Position numbers and translations under genes: made by a program. From contig JBBRHQ010000001.1 in NCBI GenBank assembly GCA_038222365.1, forward strand, positions 1 to 34,287: a DNA stretch of 34,287 nucleotides, written 5' to 3'. Numbering within the stretch: position 1 is the stretch's first letter; each line of letters begins with the position of its first letter. This DNA is from Solirubrobacterales bacterium. Its GTDB lineage: Bacteria > Actinomycetota > Thermoleophilia > Solirubrobacterales > 70-9. The notes below the pieces were generated by a model. It was given only the letters and a program-made list of their open reading frames with translations, searched no databases and was not told the DNA's origin. Shown one piece after another: positions 1-7,765 of this stretch.

Positions 1-1215
1 ATCGCGCGGCGAAACCGCGACGTCGGCGAGCTGAACGCCTCGGCCCGCGCCCTCCTACTCGCCGAAGCGAGGGTGGGGGCCGAGGCGGTGCGGATAGCCG
101 AGCGCGAGTTCGCCGCCGGCGATCGGGTCATCACCCGGATCAACACCGCAGAGGTCTCCAACCGCGAGCGCTGGACCGTCACCGCGGTCGACCCCAAGCG
201 CCACAGCGTGGAGCTGCAGCGGATCGGCGGCGGCGAGCGAAACGTCAACCTCGGCGCCGACTACCTCCAGCGCCGAACCCAAAATGGCGACCCTGCCCTC
301 GAGCACGCCTACGCCCTGACGATCTACGGCTCAGAGGGCAAGAGCGTCGATCAAGCCTTCGCCTTGCTCGACGCCGGCTCCGGCCAGGAGGAGCTGGTCG
401 TCGCCCTATCCCGCGCCCGCGCGCAGACCCACGCCTACGGGGTCGCCTCGATCGAGCTGACCGACCCCGAGCTGGGGCCGGGCAGGCGGCCGATCGAGGA
501 TGAGCTACACGAGCTCCGCGCCGCCGCCGAGCGCCCCGGAGCCGAGGGCGCGGCGCTCGAGCTCACCCTGCGGGAGCGGATCGCGCAGGCCGAGGTCGGT
601 GAGCTTCGTGCCCGCCAAGCCGAGCTGCGCTCCCGCCAGCGCGCTTCGGAGGCCCGCTCACCGCTTCAGAGCGAGCTCACCGAGATCGATCAGCGGGTCG
701 AGTGGGCCGAGCGCGGCCTGGAGCGCTGGGGCGAGCTCGAGCGGGTCGGGACGAACCAGGCGTGCGGGGCCGAGGAGCTTTGCCGTCTTTACCCCGAGCG
801 CGATCGCCTCACCGCGGAGGTCGCCCGCTTCGAGGCCCAGAGACCGAGTAGTCTCGACCCCTCCGAGCGCCTCGAGCAGGGGCTGATCGCCGAGCGCCTA
901 GGTCAGCTGCTGCGCCGCGAGGTCGCCGCCGAGCGCCTCCAACCCTCGGCCTTCCTCCGCGAGGCGCTCGGGGAGCGACCGACGGATCCACGTCTGCTCG
1001 AGGCCTGGAACCAGGGCGCTCAGGAGATTCACTCCTACCGCCAGGCCCACGGGGTCCGCGACACCCGGCGGGCCCTCGGAGTCGAGCCGCAAGGGGGCTT
1101 CGAGCACGCGGCCTGGGAACGGAGCGCGGAGCGGCTGGCGGACCTGCAGCGCCAGCTCGGGGTGAGCCGCGAGCTCGAGCGCTCGCTGGAGCGCCGCATC
1201 GGGCTCGAGCTCTGA
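1..1215 (+). CDS. Relaxase/helicase C-terminal region (MobF/TraA-like), 5'-truncated by the window edge
   Basis: Frame 1 is open from nt 1 (IARRNRDVGELNASARALLLAE...), so the ORF-track start at 73 is internal. FAAGDRVITRINTAEVSNRERWTVTAVD and EHAYALTIYGSEGKSVDQAFALLD resemble the C-terminal helicase part of TraA/TrwC-type relaxases. The HKSQG-type motif is degenerate here. A long Arg/Glu/Leu-rich coiled-coil tail follows. Stop TGA at 1213-1215. Confidence 0.55.
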   Translation: MARRNRDVGELNASARALLLAEARVGAEAVRIAEREFAAGDRVITRINTAEVSNRERWTVTAVDPKRHSVELQRIGGGERNVNLGADYLQRRTQNGDPALEHAYALTIYGSEGKSVDQAFALLDAGSGQEELVVALSRARAQTHAYGVASIELTDPELGPGRRPIEDELHELRAAAERPGAEGAALELTLRERIAQAEVGELRARQAELRSRQRASEARSPLQSELTEIDQRVEWAERGLERWGELERVGTNQACGAEELCRLYPERDRLTAEVARFEAQRPSSLDPSERLEQGLIAERLGQLLRREVAAERLQPSAFLREALGERPTDPRLLEAWNQGAQEIHSYRQAHGVRDTRRALGVEPQGGFEHAAWERSAERLADLQRQLGVSRELERSLERRIGLEL

Positions 1216-1306
1216 TCGCTTCGCAGCGCAGCTGAGGCACCCTCACGGCCGCCGTCTGCGCGGCGTCGGCCGGGCGTCGGTCGGCCAAGTCTGGCACGGC
1301 TTCGCC

Positions 1307-1891
1307 GTGCGGTTGGCCGCCCTCATGGACGCCCAGCCGAAGTCACGAGCATCTGTCAGCCGTGAGCGAAACGCCGAGCTGCTGGGGGCGGTTCTGGCCG
1401 AGTCCGAGGCGCTGCTGCGCCGCCAGGCGCGGAGGCACGCCGAGCTCTCCGAGGACGCCGAGGACGCGCTCTCCTCCGCCTGCGTGCTCTTCATCGAGCG
1501 CTACCGCGGCGACTGCGATCCGCTTGCCTGGCTTCAGACCACGGTCAAGCGCGAGGCGTGGCGGATTCGGCGCAGGGCGTCGAGGAGGCGCGAGGTCAGC
1601 CTCGATGCTCCCTGCGCCGGGGTCGAGGACGGGTGTCCCTGGGTCGAGGCGGTGCCTGCCGAGTCGCCAGAACCGGAAGTGATGGCGATCCGCTGCGAGG
1701 AGCTGCGCGAGCGCGAGGCGCTGTTGGGGGAGCTGAAGCCGGACGAGCGGCAGGCGCTGGTGCTGTTGGCGCTCGGTTTCAGCTACGCCGAGATCTGCGA
1801 GATCTGTTCGTGGACGTACACGAAGGTGAACCGCTCGATCGCCGAGGGGCGCGCGGCGCTTCGCGGCCGCCTCTCCCATCAGGGGGGCTAG
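1307..1891 (+). CDS. Sigma-70 family (ECF-like) RNA polymerase sigma factor
   Basis: Region-2-like AEDALSSACVLFIERYRGDCDPLAWLQTTVKREAWRIRRR. Region-4 HTH-like LKPDERQALVLLALGFSYAEICEICSWTYTKVNRSIAEGRAALRGRL. The start is uncertain (GTG 1307 or ATG 1325). Confidence 0.7.
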   Translation: MRLAALMDAQPKSRASVSRERNAELLGAVLAESEALLRRQARRHAELSEDAEDALSSACVLFIERYRGDCDPLAWLQTTVKREAWRIRRRASRRREVSLDAPCAGVEDGCPWVEAVPAESPEPEVMAIRCEELREREALLGELKPDERQALVLLALGFSYAEICEICSWTYTKVNRSIAEGRAALRGRLSHQGG

Positions 1892-2003
1892 ATCGCGGTC
1901 GTCACGGCTCTATCAACCATGCCCGGGCATCGGTGTTACGAAGCTTCAGCCGCGCCTAACGGCGCAATTGATCGGATTCGACGACATATAGATCTGAGAG
2001 CAC

Positions 2004-2267
2004 ATGTCGGGCGTGAGTCAAAAGAGCGAGGGTCCCAACGGATCCGAGACCAAGAAAGCCGGGGCGGTCACAGCTCTCCTGACCGCCGAGGAAGTGGCCG
2101 ATCTGCTCCGAGTGACCACCTCCTGGGTGTACGCGCAGAGCCGGGCCGAGCGGATACCGCACGTTCGACTCGGACGCTACGTGCGCTTCCGCCGCGACGC
2201 GATCGAACGATGGATCGCTCGCGTCGAGGCCGGCGCAGATCCCACCGCACTGCCGTTCAAGCGCTGA
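2004..2267 (+). CDS. xis: Excisionase-type helix-turn-helix DNA-binding protein (MerR/HTH_17-like)
   Basis: LLTAEEVADLLRVTTSWVYAQSRAERIPHVRLGRYVRFRRDAIERWI is the classic excisionase-family HTH pattern. The gene lies immediately upstream of the integrase. Confidence 0.75.
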   Translation: MSGVSQKSEGPNGSETKKAGAVTALLTAEEVADLLRVTTSWVYAQSRAERIPHVRLGRYVRFRRDAIERWIARVEAGADPTALPFKR

Positions 2268-2312
2268 GGGCGGCCCGGAGGCAGATGGAATCAGCCTTGC
2301 GATGACGCGCTG

Positions 2313-3545
2313 ATGTCACCGGATGAGCCGTCAAGTGAGGTCGGTGTCAAACGTCCGTACGGTGCAGGCTCCCTGTCGGTGCGCCGCGCCGCGACGGGTC
2401 GGGAGGTCTGGTACGGGCAATGGTGGGTTGGACGGAAGCACCTCAAACGCAGGCTGGGGCTGAAGCGGCCAGTCGGCACGCGGGAAGGCCTGACCAGATC
2501 CCAGGCTGAGCGCGAGCTCCGTCGCCTGATCCAGAGCGAGAGCCCGGTGGCGGAGGCGGGTTCGTCCCTAACGGTTGAGGATGCCGGCTCCCGCCTCCTC
2601 CGGCAGCTGGCGGGCGCCGGGCGAAAGAAGTCCACGCTGGAGGGGTATGAGTCGGCGCTCCGGGTCCATCTGGTGCCCTTCTTCTGTGAAAGGGGGCTGG
2701 ATCGGATCAGCCGGGATGACGTCGAGGCGTTCGCGTCACGCGTGTCCTCGGGGCGCTCCGCAAAGAGCGTGCAGAACTACGTCGGCCTCCTGCATTCGAT
2801 CTTTGAGTTCGCGATCGCCCGAGGCTGGGCTTCCTCGAATCCGTGCAAGCGGGCACTGAGGCCGCAAGCGATCGAGGCCGATCCGGACATCCGATTCCTC
2901 GATCAGCCAGAGCTCGAGTCGCTGCTGGGCGCGGTCCCAGATCCTAAATCCCCGATCGGGAGGCTCAGCAAGGCGCTCTACCTCACGGCGGCGATGACCG
3001 GGCTGCGCCAGGGCGAGCTCTTGGCCCTGCGCTGGCGCGATATTGATTGGTCGGCGGGCAGAATCCGGGTGCGGCGCAACTTCGTTCGTGGCGTATACGG
3101 AACGCCGAAGTCCAAGCGCTCTTCAAGATCGGTGCCGCTGGCCGGTCGGGTCGCCGAGGCGCTTGCCCACCACTTCGATTGCTCTGTCTACAAGACTGAC
3201 GACGACCTCGTCTTCGGGCACCCCGAATCTGGCAAGCCGCTCGATCGCTCCAGGCTGCTGAAGCGCTACAAGGCGTCGCTCAGGCGGGCGGGGGTGCGCG
3301 ACGTTCGCTTCCACGATTTGCGCCACACCTTCGGCACACGCTGCGCGGCGGCCGGCGTTCCTTTGCGGACGATTCAGGAGTGGATGGGCCACCGTGACTT
3401 TAAGACGACGCTGATCTACGCCGATTACGCGCCTAGCGAGCGAGAGGCCGAGATGATCGAGCAGGCTTTCAACCGCGCGGAGGGGCGAGGCGGAGGAGAG
3501 GGTTCCTCCGAGGATCCGGCCGAGCAGACTGGCGTTATTCGTTAA
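2313..3545 (+). CDS. int: Tyrosine site-specific recombinase (phage-type integrase)
   Basis: The C-terminal catalytic region reads ...LTAAMTGLRQGELLALRWRDID...FHDLRHTFGTRCAAAGVPLRTIQEWMGHRDFKTTLIYADY, giving the R..HxxR..Y signature. The N-terminal SAM-like domain reads YESALRVHLVPFF. ATG 2313, TAA 3543-3545. Confidence 0.92.
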   Translation: MSPDEPSSEVGVKRPYGAGSLSVRRAATGREVWYGQWWVGRKHLKRRLGLKRPVGTREGLTRSQAERELRRLIQSESPVAEAGSSLTVEDAGSRLLRQLAGAGRKKSTLEGYESALRVHLVPFFCERGLDRISRDDVEAFASRVSSGRSAKSVQNYVGLLHSIFEFAIARGWASSNPCKRALRPQAIEADPDIRFLDQPELESLLGAVPDPKSPIGRLSKALYLTAAMTGLRQGELLALRWRDIDWSAGRIRVRRNFVRGVYGTPKSKRSSRSVPLAGRVAEALAHHFDCSVYKTDDDLVFGHPESGKPLDRSRLLKRYKASLRRAGVRDVRFHDLRHTFGTRCAAAGVPLRTIQEWMGHRDFKTTLIYADYAPSEREAEMIEQAFNRAEGRGGGEGSSEDPAEQTGVIR

Positions 3546-3589
3546 GTTTTCCCGCAGAAAAACCTAACAACTTTGCTACACTCTCGCGT

Positions 3590-4339
3590 GTGGGTAAACC
3601 AGGCCAAAACCCAAAGCGCAAACGCGAAAAGAGCTCCCATGCCGGGAGTGCCTCTGCTCGCATCCGCCAGCGGGTGAGAGCTGGCGGAGAGCGCTACTGG
3701 CGCCATGAGGACTTCCCCGCTCTGCCGACGGCAGCCGTGGCCATGACCTTGTCGAGGCTGGTCAGCGAAGGGGAGCTGCAGCGGGTGCGCAAGGGCCTCT
3801 ACTATCGACCCCGGCAGACCCGCTTCGGTCAAAGCATTCCGGTGGCGAGCGCCGCGGTGGCCCAGAGTCTGCGTACGCCCGTTCATCCGGCCGGGCTGAC
3901 CGCCTCCAACGCTCTGGGCTTCACGACCCAAAACCCAGCCCGCCTGGAGTACGCAACGCCGGCGAGTGACCCGCCGACGTCGCTTGCCGATGCGATCGTC
4001 TACACGCGCCGCCCAGCCGCCCGCGAGGGTCTCAGCGCCGAAGATGGCGCGCTGCTGGAGTTTCTACGCGAGCGGGGGCAAAGCAGCGATCTGTCCCCCG
4101 CCCAAACTCTTGATCGTTTGCGCCGGCTGCTCTCCGAGCCGGGTCGTTTCGCGCGGCTGGTGCGGGCGGCAGAGAAGGAACCGGCCCGGGTGCGGGCGAT
4201 GCTCGGTGCCCTCGGGGAAGAGCTGGGCGGCGATCCCAAGCTGCTGCGCAAGCTACGCCAGAGCCTCAGCCCGCTTTCCCGGTATGAGTTCGGGAAGCTC
4301 CGCGGGCTTGTCCATGCCCAAGCGTGGCAGGCGAAGTGA
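3590..4339 (+). CDS. AbiEi-like antitoxin / transcriptional regulator (type IV TA)
   Basis: N-terminal winged-helix-like LSRLVSEGELQRVRKGLYY is the AbiEi_4-type motif. Its TGA stop at 4337-4339 overlaps an in-frame GTG of abiEii at 4336 (GTGA). 249 aa. Confidence 0.65.
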   Translation: MGKPGQNPKRKREKSSHAGSASARIRQRVRAGGERYWRHEDFPALPTAAVAMTLSRLVSEGELQRVRKGLYYRPRQTRFGQSIPVASAAVAQSLRTPVHPAGLTASNALGFTTQNPARLEYATPASDPPTSLADAIVYTRRPAAREGLSAEDGALLEFLRERGQSSDLSPAQTLDRLRRLLSEPGRFARLVRAAEKEPARVRAMLGALGEELGGDPKLLRKLRQSLSPLSRYEFGKLRGLVHAQAWQAK

Positions 4340-5289
4340 ACCTGCACGAGGCGGCGGAGTTCCAGGATGCGCTGCTCGCCACGGCCCAGGACCTCGACCT
4401 GGATGAGCGTTTCGTCGAGAAGGACTACTACCTGACCGAGGTCCTAAGGGTCGTCGTTGGGACCCACCCGGACCGGGCGATCCTCAAAGGCGGCACCAGC
4501 CTTACCAAGGGTTGGCAGCTGATCGACCGCTTCTCGGAGGACATCGACCTCTTCGTCGACCCTGAGGCTTGGACTCCGCCGCTCGGCAAGAATGGTGTCG
4601 ATCGCGAGCTCAAGTGCCTTCGCGATGCAATCGCTGCCCACCCAGCGCTCAGCTACGTGGAGGGTGAGGGCAACACAATCGGGGGCTTCGGTCGGGAGGA
4701 CTCCTTCAAATACGACTCGCTCTTCCAGGAGTTGCCTGGCCTGCGCAGCGCCATCCTGTTGGAGCCTGGGGTGCAGAGCGGCCGGCAGCCTACCGAGGCC
4801 GTCCAGGTCTCATCGATGGTGGGCGAATACCTCCGCGGGCATAGTGGGAGCGACCTCGCCGACGACCTGGAGCCGTTCGAGATGACCCTTCTGCATTTCC
4901 GGCGCACATTCGTCGAGAAGCTGTTCATCGTCCATGGCAAGGTCGAGCGTCTGCACACGGAAGGGCACCCACTTGGCCGCGACGCACGCCACTACGCGGA
5001 TCTCTACGCACTGGCCGGTCGCGCTGAGGTTGTGGAGATGCTCCGCACCTCGGAGTACGACGAAATCAAGGATGACTACGACCAGCTCAGCCGGCGGTTC
5101 TACCCGACGAGCTACAGGTCGCCGCCAGAGCTCAGCTTCGTGGACAGCGATGCCCTCACACTTCCCGCGGATCTTCGGGTCCAGATAGAGGTTGACTACG
5201 AGGCGGAGTGTCGTCGCCTCTTCCCGGGCCCCTATCCCTCGCTCGATGAGGTCGTCGAACGGCTCGGAACGCTGCGGGCTCAGCTATAG
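4324..5289 (+). CDS. abiEii: AbiEii/AbiGii-family nucleotidyltransferase toxin (DUF1814)
   Basis: EKDYYLTEVLRVVVGTHPDRAILKGGTSLTKGWQLIDRFSEDIDLFVD matches the nucleotidyltransferase G[ST] ... DxD core of AbiEii. The start is either GTG 4324 or the in-frame GTG 4336. Confidence 0.85.
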   Translation: MAGEVNLHEAAEFQDALLATAQDLDLDERFVEKDYYLTEVLRVVVGTHPDRAILKGGTSLTKGWQLIDRFSEDIDLFVDPEAWTPPLGKNGVDRELKCLRDAIAAHPALSYVEGEGNTIGGFGREDSFKYDSLFQELPGLRSAILLEPGVQSGRQPTEAVQVSSMVGEYLRGHSGSDLADDLEPFEMTLLHFRRTFVEKLFIVHGKVERLHTEGHPLGRDARHYADLYALAGRAEVVEMLRTSEYDEIKDDYDQLSRRFYPTSYRSPPELSFVDSDALTLPADLRVQIEVDYEAECRRLFPGPYPSLDEVVERLGTLRAQL

Positions 5290-5475
5290 ACCTCTCCACG
5301 TAGGTGCCAGCCGCAAGGGCCGGGGCTCGGCCGAGCCAAGCGGTCCTGCATTTTCAAGCGCGACTGGAAACGCGGTCCGAGCGCCGAGGTGTCTCCTGCG
5401 ACCACGCCTGAGGTCCCCAATTTGCGGACGAGGGCGTGTGCCATCCGAGCAGGGGGACAGAATCCCTCGGACATA

Positions 5476-5503
5476 GATCCGCCCGGCTGCAACCGGGCGG
5501 ATC
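5476..5503. repeat. Perfect 11-bp inverted repeat (stem-loop), possible factor-independent terminator or protein-binding site
   Basis: GATCCGCCCGG-ctgcaa-CCGGGCGGATC is read directly. There is no U-tract after it. It sits in the 304-nt gap between abiEii and the hicA-like gene. Confidence 0.5.
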
Positions 5504-5593
5504 GGAGCTTCACATCGAGAGAGATCACATGACCACAACGCGACGTTGCGAAGAGTGAAGATGCCGTCGGACGCCAATGGCGGCGGTCTTTAG

Positions 5594-5854
5594 ATGGCCC
5601 GCAAGAAGAAGCCCAGCGGCGCCATGCGACGCGGGCCGTTCGCCTTCCAGGATTTGGAGCGGGCGATCAAACTTGGCGGCTGGAAACTAGAGGGCCACGG
5701 TGACCATCCGAATTACAACCACCCCCGGAAGTCGGGCAAGGTCCAGCTCGACAAGAAATGGACCGGGATCCGAGCCAACGACACGATATTCAGCAGCGTT
5801 GCGCGCCAGGCTAGTCTCTCCAATCGCCAACTCCTGCAGCTGCTGAATGAATAG
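5594..5854 (+). CDS. hicA: HicA-like toxin (YcfA-like mRNA interferase)
   Basis: 86 aa. LEGHGDHPNYNHPRKSGKVQLDKK...SSVARQASLSNRQLLQLL follows the HicA pattern G-[SD]-H-x-x-[FY]-x-H-P ... [IV]-x-[IV/L] ... ILKQAGLS..EF..LL. A HicB-like ORF follows. Confidence 0.6.
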   Translation: MARKKKPSGAMRRGPFAFQDLERAIKLGGWKLEGHGDHPNYNHPRKSGKVQLDKKWTGIRANDTIFSSVARQASLSNRQLLQLLNE

Positions 5855-5917
5855 AGCCAAAGGGGCGATCCATTGCGCGATTGGAGTCCAGCGGGTGATT
5901 GTGCGACCATCAGGAAG

Positions 5918-6286
5918 ATGCCAGCCGCAAACTCGCCGGCGACGCAGGAAGCTCCTGCTGGCTGGCCACAAAGCATCCGCATCAATATCTGGGTCACCCA
6001 GGAAGAAGGGCATTACGCGGCCCTTGTTCAGGAGTTCGACATCGTTGGCCAAGGCCAGACGGCCGAGGGAGCGATCGCCAACGCCCAGGAGCTCCTCGGG
6101 GCCTACCTGATGAGCTACTTCGAGAAGGCCGAGCCGTTCGAAGCTGCCAAGCGGCCAGTTCCGGCGCGCTCAATCCTGAGGTTCCAGATCCTCGCCGCGA
6201 TCGCCCGGGTGCGAGCCCTGCCGCATCGCTGGGTAGGGCATAGCCGCCTCGATGTACCGGGAGCCGATCGGTTCGCAGCTTGCTGA
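5918..6286 (+). CDS. hicB: HicB-like antitoxin (UPF0150-type N-terminal domain)
   Basis: IRINIWVTQEEGHYAALVQEFDIVGQGQTAEGAIANAQELLGAYL fits the HicB N-terminal fold pattern. ATG 5918 is preceded by AGGAAG, whereas the ORF-track start at 5873 is a TTG without an SD. I did not recognise a C-terminal RHH/HTH. Confidence 0.5.
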   Translation: MPAANSPATQEAPAGWPQSIRINIWVTQEEGHYAALVQEFDIVGQGQTAEGAIANAQELLGAYLMSYFEKAEPFEAAKRPVPARSILRFQILAAIARVRALPHRWVGHSRLDVPGADRFAAC

Positions 6287-6319
6287 CGAGCTGAACCTAC
6301 ACAGGCAAATTAGTCGTCG

Positions 6320-6526
6320 ATGAACGGTGAAGCGAGACCCAGGACCAAGTGCCCCGGGTGCGGGCTCGTGATCGAGCCCGACGAGGCACGCGAGCTGATC
6401 GAAGCCGTCGAGATCGTGCCCGTGCCGGGGTTTGGAGCAGAGGGGGACGAGGCCGAAGGGATCGGGGCCCTATTTCACGCCGATTGCTTTGTAGAGGGTG
6501 ACCCCGGCTACCGGCGGGTCGACTGA
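6320..6526 (+). CDS. Small hypothetical protein with a CxxC ... HxxC arrangement (possible zinc ribbon)
   Basis: 68 aa. It contains KCPGCG and HADC and is acidic. Codon usage is consistent with its neighbours. No family recognised. Confidence 0.4.
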   Translation: MNGEARPRTKCPGCGLVIEPDEARELIEAVEIVPVPGFGAEGDEAEGIGALFHADCFVEGDPGYRRVD

Positions 6527-6673
6527 GCCAACCAATCGGCGGAAGGCCGGACGTGCGGCGATCCGGCGCTGGTCCGATAGTCGGGGCATGAGCCAAGCAC
6601 GCATCACGAACCGAGACGAGCTGGGGCGCTGCGACTTCCATGGTGCGTCCTCGCCAGCGACCGGACACAGCCC

Positions 6674-7027
6674 GTGAGGATCAGCGACGAGCCCGAGCGG
6701 ATACTCGAGGCCCAGCAGCTGCGGGTGCGAAGCGTCGACGACGCGGAAGTCCAGGTCGCCCTGAGCCGCCAGATGGCCTTCGGCGAGCCGAGCCTCGTCA
6801 AGATCCGGTCGATCATCGCCGAGGCCGACCGGGTCGGCCACCCGCCCGGCATTCCAGACTCGCTGGCGTTCCGGTTGTCGGGCGAGCTGACCTTGATGGA
6901 GGGCCGCCACCGAACCTGCGCCCTCTTCTTGCTCGACCCCCCGGAGCTGGAGCTCAACACGGATGTCGTCTCGGGTGAGGCCGCTTGGTCCGCCTATCTC
7001 GATCCCTGGCTTAGGGTCGATTCATGA
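6674..7027 (+). CDS. Hypothetical protein with a weak ParB/Srx-like xGxHR motif
   Basis: 117 aa with a GTG start. LTLMEGRHRTCALFLL resembles the DGxHR / DGQHR-type motif of ParB-fold proteins. This rests on the motif only. Confidence 0.35.
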   Translation: MRISDEPERILEAQQLRVRSVDDAEVQVALSRQMAFGEPSLVKIRSIIAEADRVGHPPGIPDSLAFRLSGELTLMEGRHRTCALFLLDPPELELNTDVVSGEAAWSAYLDPWLRVDS

Positions 7028-7451
7028 TCGCACCTCATAGGCCTATTGCCCGATCACTCGATTTGAGGGGATTGAGATATCCTCGACTCCCGGCCGCGTA
7101 GGCGCGAAGCACCCGATCGCCGCGGATCGTCGCGGGTCACCTCAGCAGCTCGAGCGCGCGCTCGACGGTGTTGTAGTGGGCCGGGGCTCGGCCCAATCGG
7201 CCCGCGCGGCCTAACCCGGGTCCTCGAAGAAGCGCTGCGGCGCCCGGTTGAGCGCATTGGCGAACACTAGGCCTCCGCCGACTCGGCTGCCGCTGAGGAT
7301 TCCGACGCCATTGAAGCCCGCGGTTCTAGCTTCGCTCGAAATTGACAGGGCTCCAATTCGGGCTCCAATTTGTAGGAAAGCCAGCGACACCGAGGGCACC
7401 TGTCGTGCGTGAACCGGCGCGTCTCGATCGCTAGAAACTGCCCTGGTCGGT

Positions 7452-7496
7452 TTGTGGTCCAGGCGGTCGCGGGTTCGAGTCCCGTCGCTCACCTTG
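7452..7496 (+). repeat. tRNA-His(GTG) 3' fragment, copy A (tRNA positions 32-73 plus TT); att-like site
   Basis: TTGTGGT (anticodon loop with U33, GTG and G37) - CCAGG - CGGTC - GCGGG TTCGAGT CCCGT (T arm) - CGCTCAC (acceptor 3' strand) - C73, the His-specific discriminator. No matching GTGAGCG 5' strand or D arm lies upstream. It is identical to the copies at 10405 and 12999. Confidence 0.85.
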
Positions 7497-7614
7497 AGGC
7501 ATTCCCCTCTACAACGGGGAATCTCCCGACCTGGCTCTCGACTGCGACCTGGGCTGCTACCAACTTGGTCCCAATCTGTAGCTGCCGGGTAGCCAGGAGG
7601 CCGATGGCGAGATG
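7497..7614 (+). repeat. Conserved ~120-nt module following the tRNA-His fragment, copy 1
   Basis: About 85% identical by eye to 10450-10568. It contains the hairpin ATTCCCC-tctacaac-GGGGAAT, the TTGGTCCCAAT motif, GCTACC/GGTAGC pairing options, and AGGAGGCCGATGGCGAGATG. Confidence 0.8.
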
Positions 7615-7765
7615 GGGCGCATCGGCACTAACCTGGCCACATTCCCGCCAGCCACAGGCCAGCTTCGGGCTCTGGCGCTGAGAGAATTCCACGGGCTGGG
7701 TAGTTCTGCCGGTTCCATAGCTCCTACTCAGCCGGGCCAGAGCAAAGCGCGATACTGGGCAGGCG

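Larger units (their letters stand above)
1..7496 (+). mobile_element. Right-hand part of an integrative (conjugative or mobilizable) element, continuing beyond the left window edge and ending at tRNA-His fragment copy A
   Basis: The module order is relaxase C-terminus, sigma factor, xis, int, then TA/Abi cargo. The first att-like tRNA-His 3' fragment sits at 7452-7496. The order rep/tra-xis-int-att is typical of actinomycete integrative elements. Confidence 0.65.

Noticed and set aside
500-1297. ORFs 500-886 (+) and 809-1297 (-) inside or overlapping the relaxase gene
   Set aside because: They are alternative-frame artefacts with low-complexity Arg/Pro/Ser composition. The relaxase frame is continuous and has family motifs.
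7030-7451. Short minus-strand ORFs (7054-7257, 7211-7492) and fragments such as ...VFANALNRAPQRFFEDPG and ...HYNTVERALELLR
   Set aside because: They have no recognisable family, lie in different frames and are interrupted by stops. One begins inside the reverse complement of the tRNA fragment. At most they are decayed gene remnants, so none is called.
7383-7493. Possible intact tRNA at copy A. CCTGG at 7442-7446 could pair with CCAGG as the anticodon stem, and AGCGAC at 7383 could pair with GTCGCT.
   Set aside because: Five extra nucleotides (TCGGT) separate the putative stem strand from the loop. No D arm or GTGAGCG acceptor strand exists. The 110-nt span fits no tRNA, including tRNA-Sec-like lengths.
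7452-7496. tmRNA 3' end as an alternative identity of the repeated T-arm/acceptor sequence
   Set aside because: The repeat starts with a canonical anticodon loop (UUGUGGU) and 3' anticodon stem and ends in C73, which fits tRNA-His. No tmRNA body, tag reading frame or GGGG... 5' end lies nearby.
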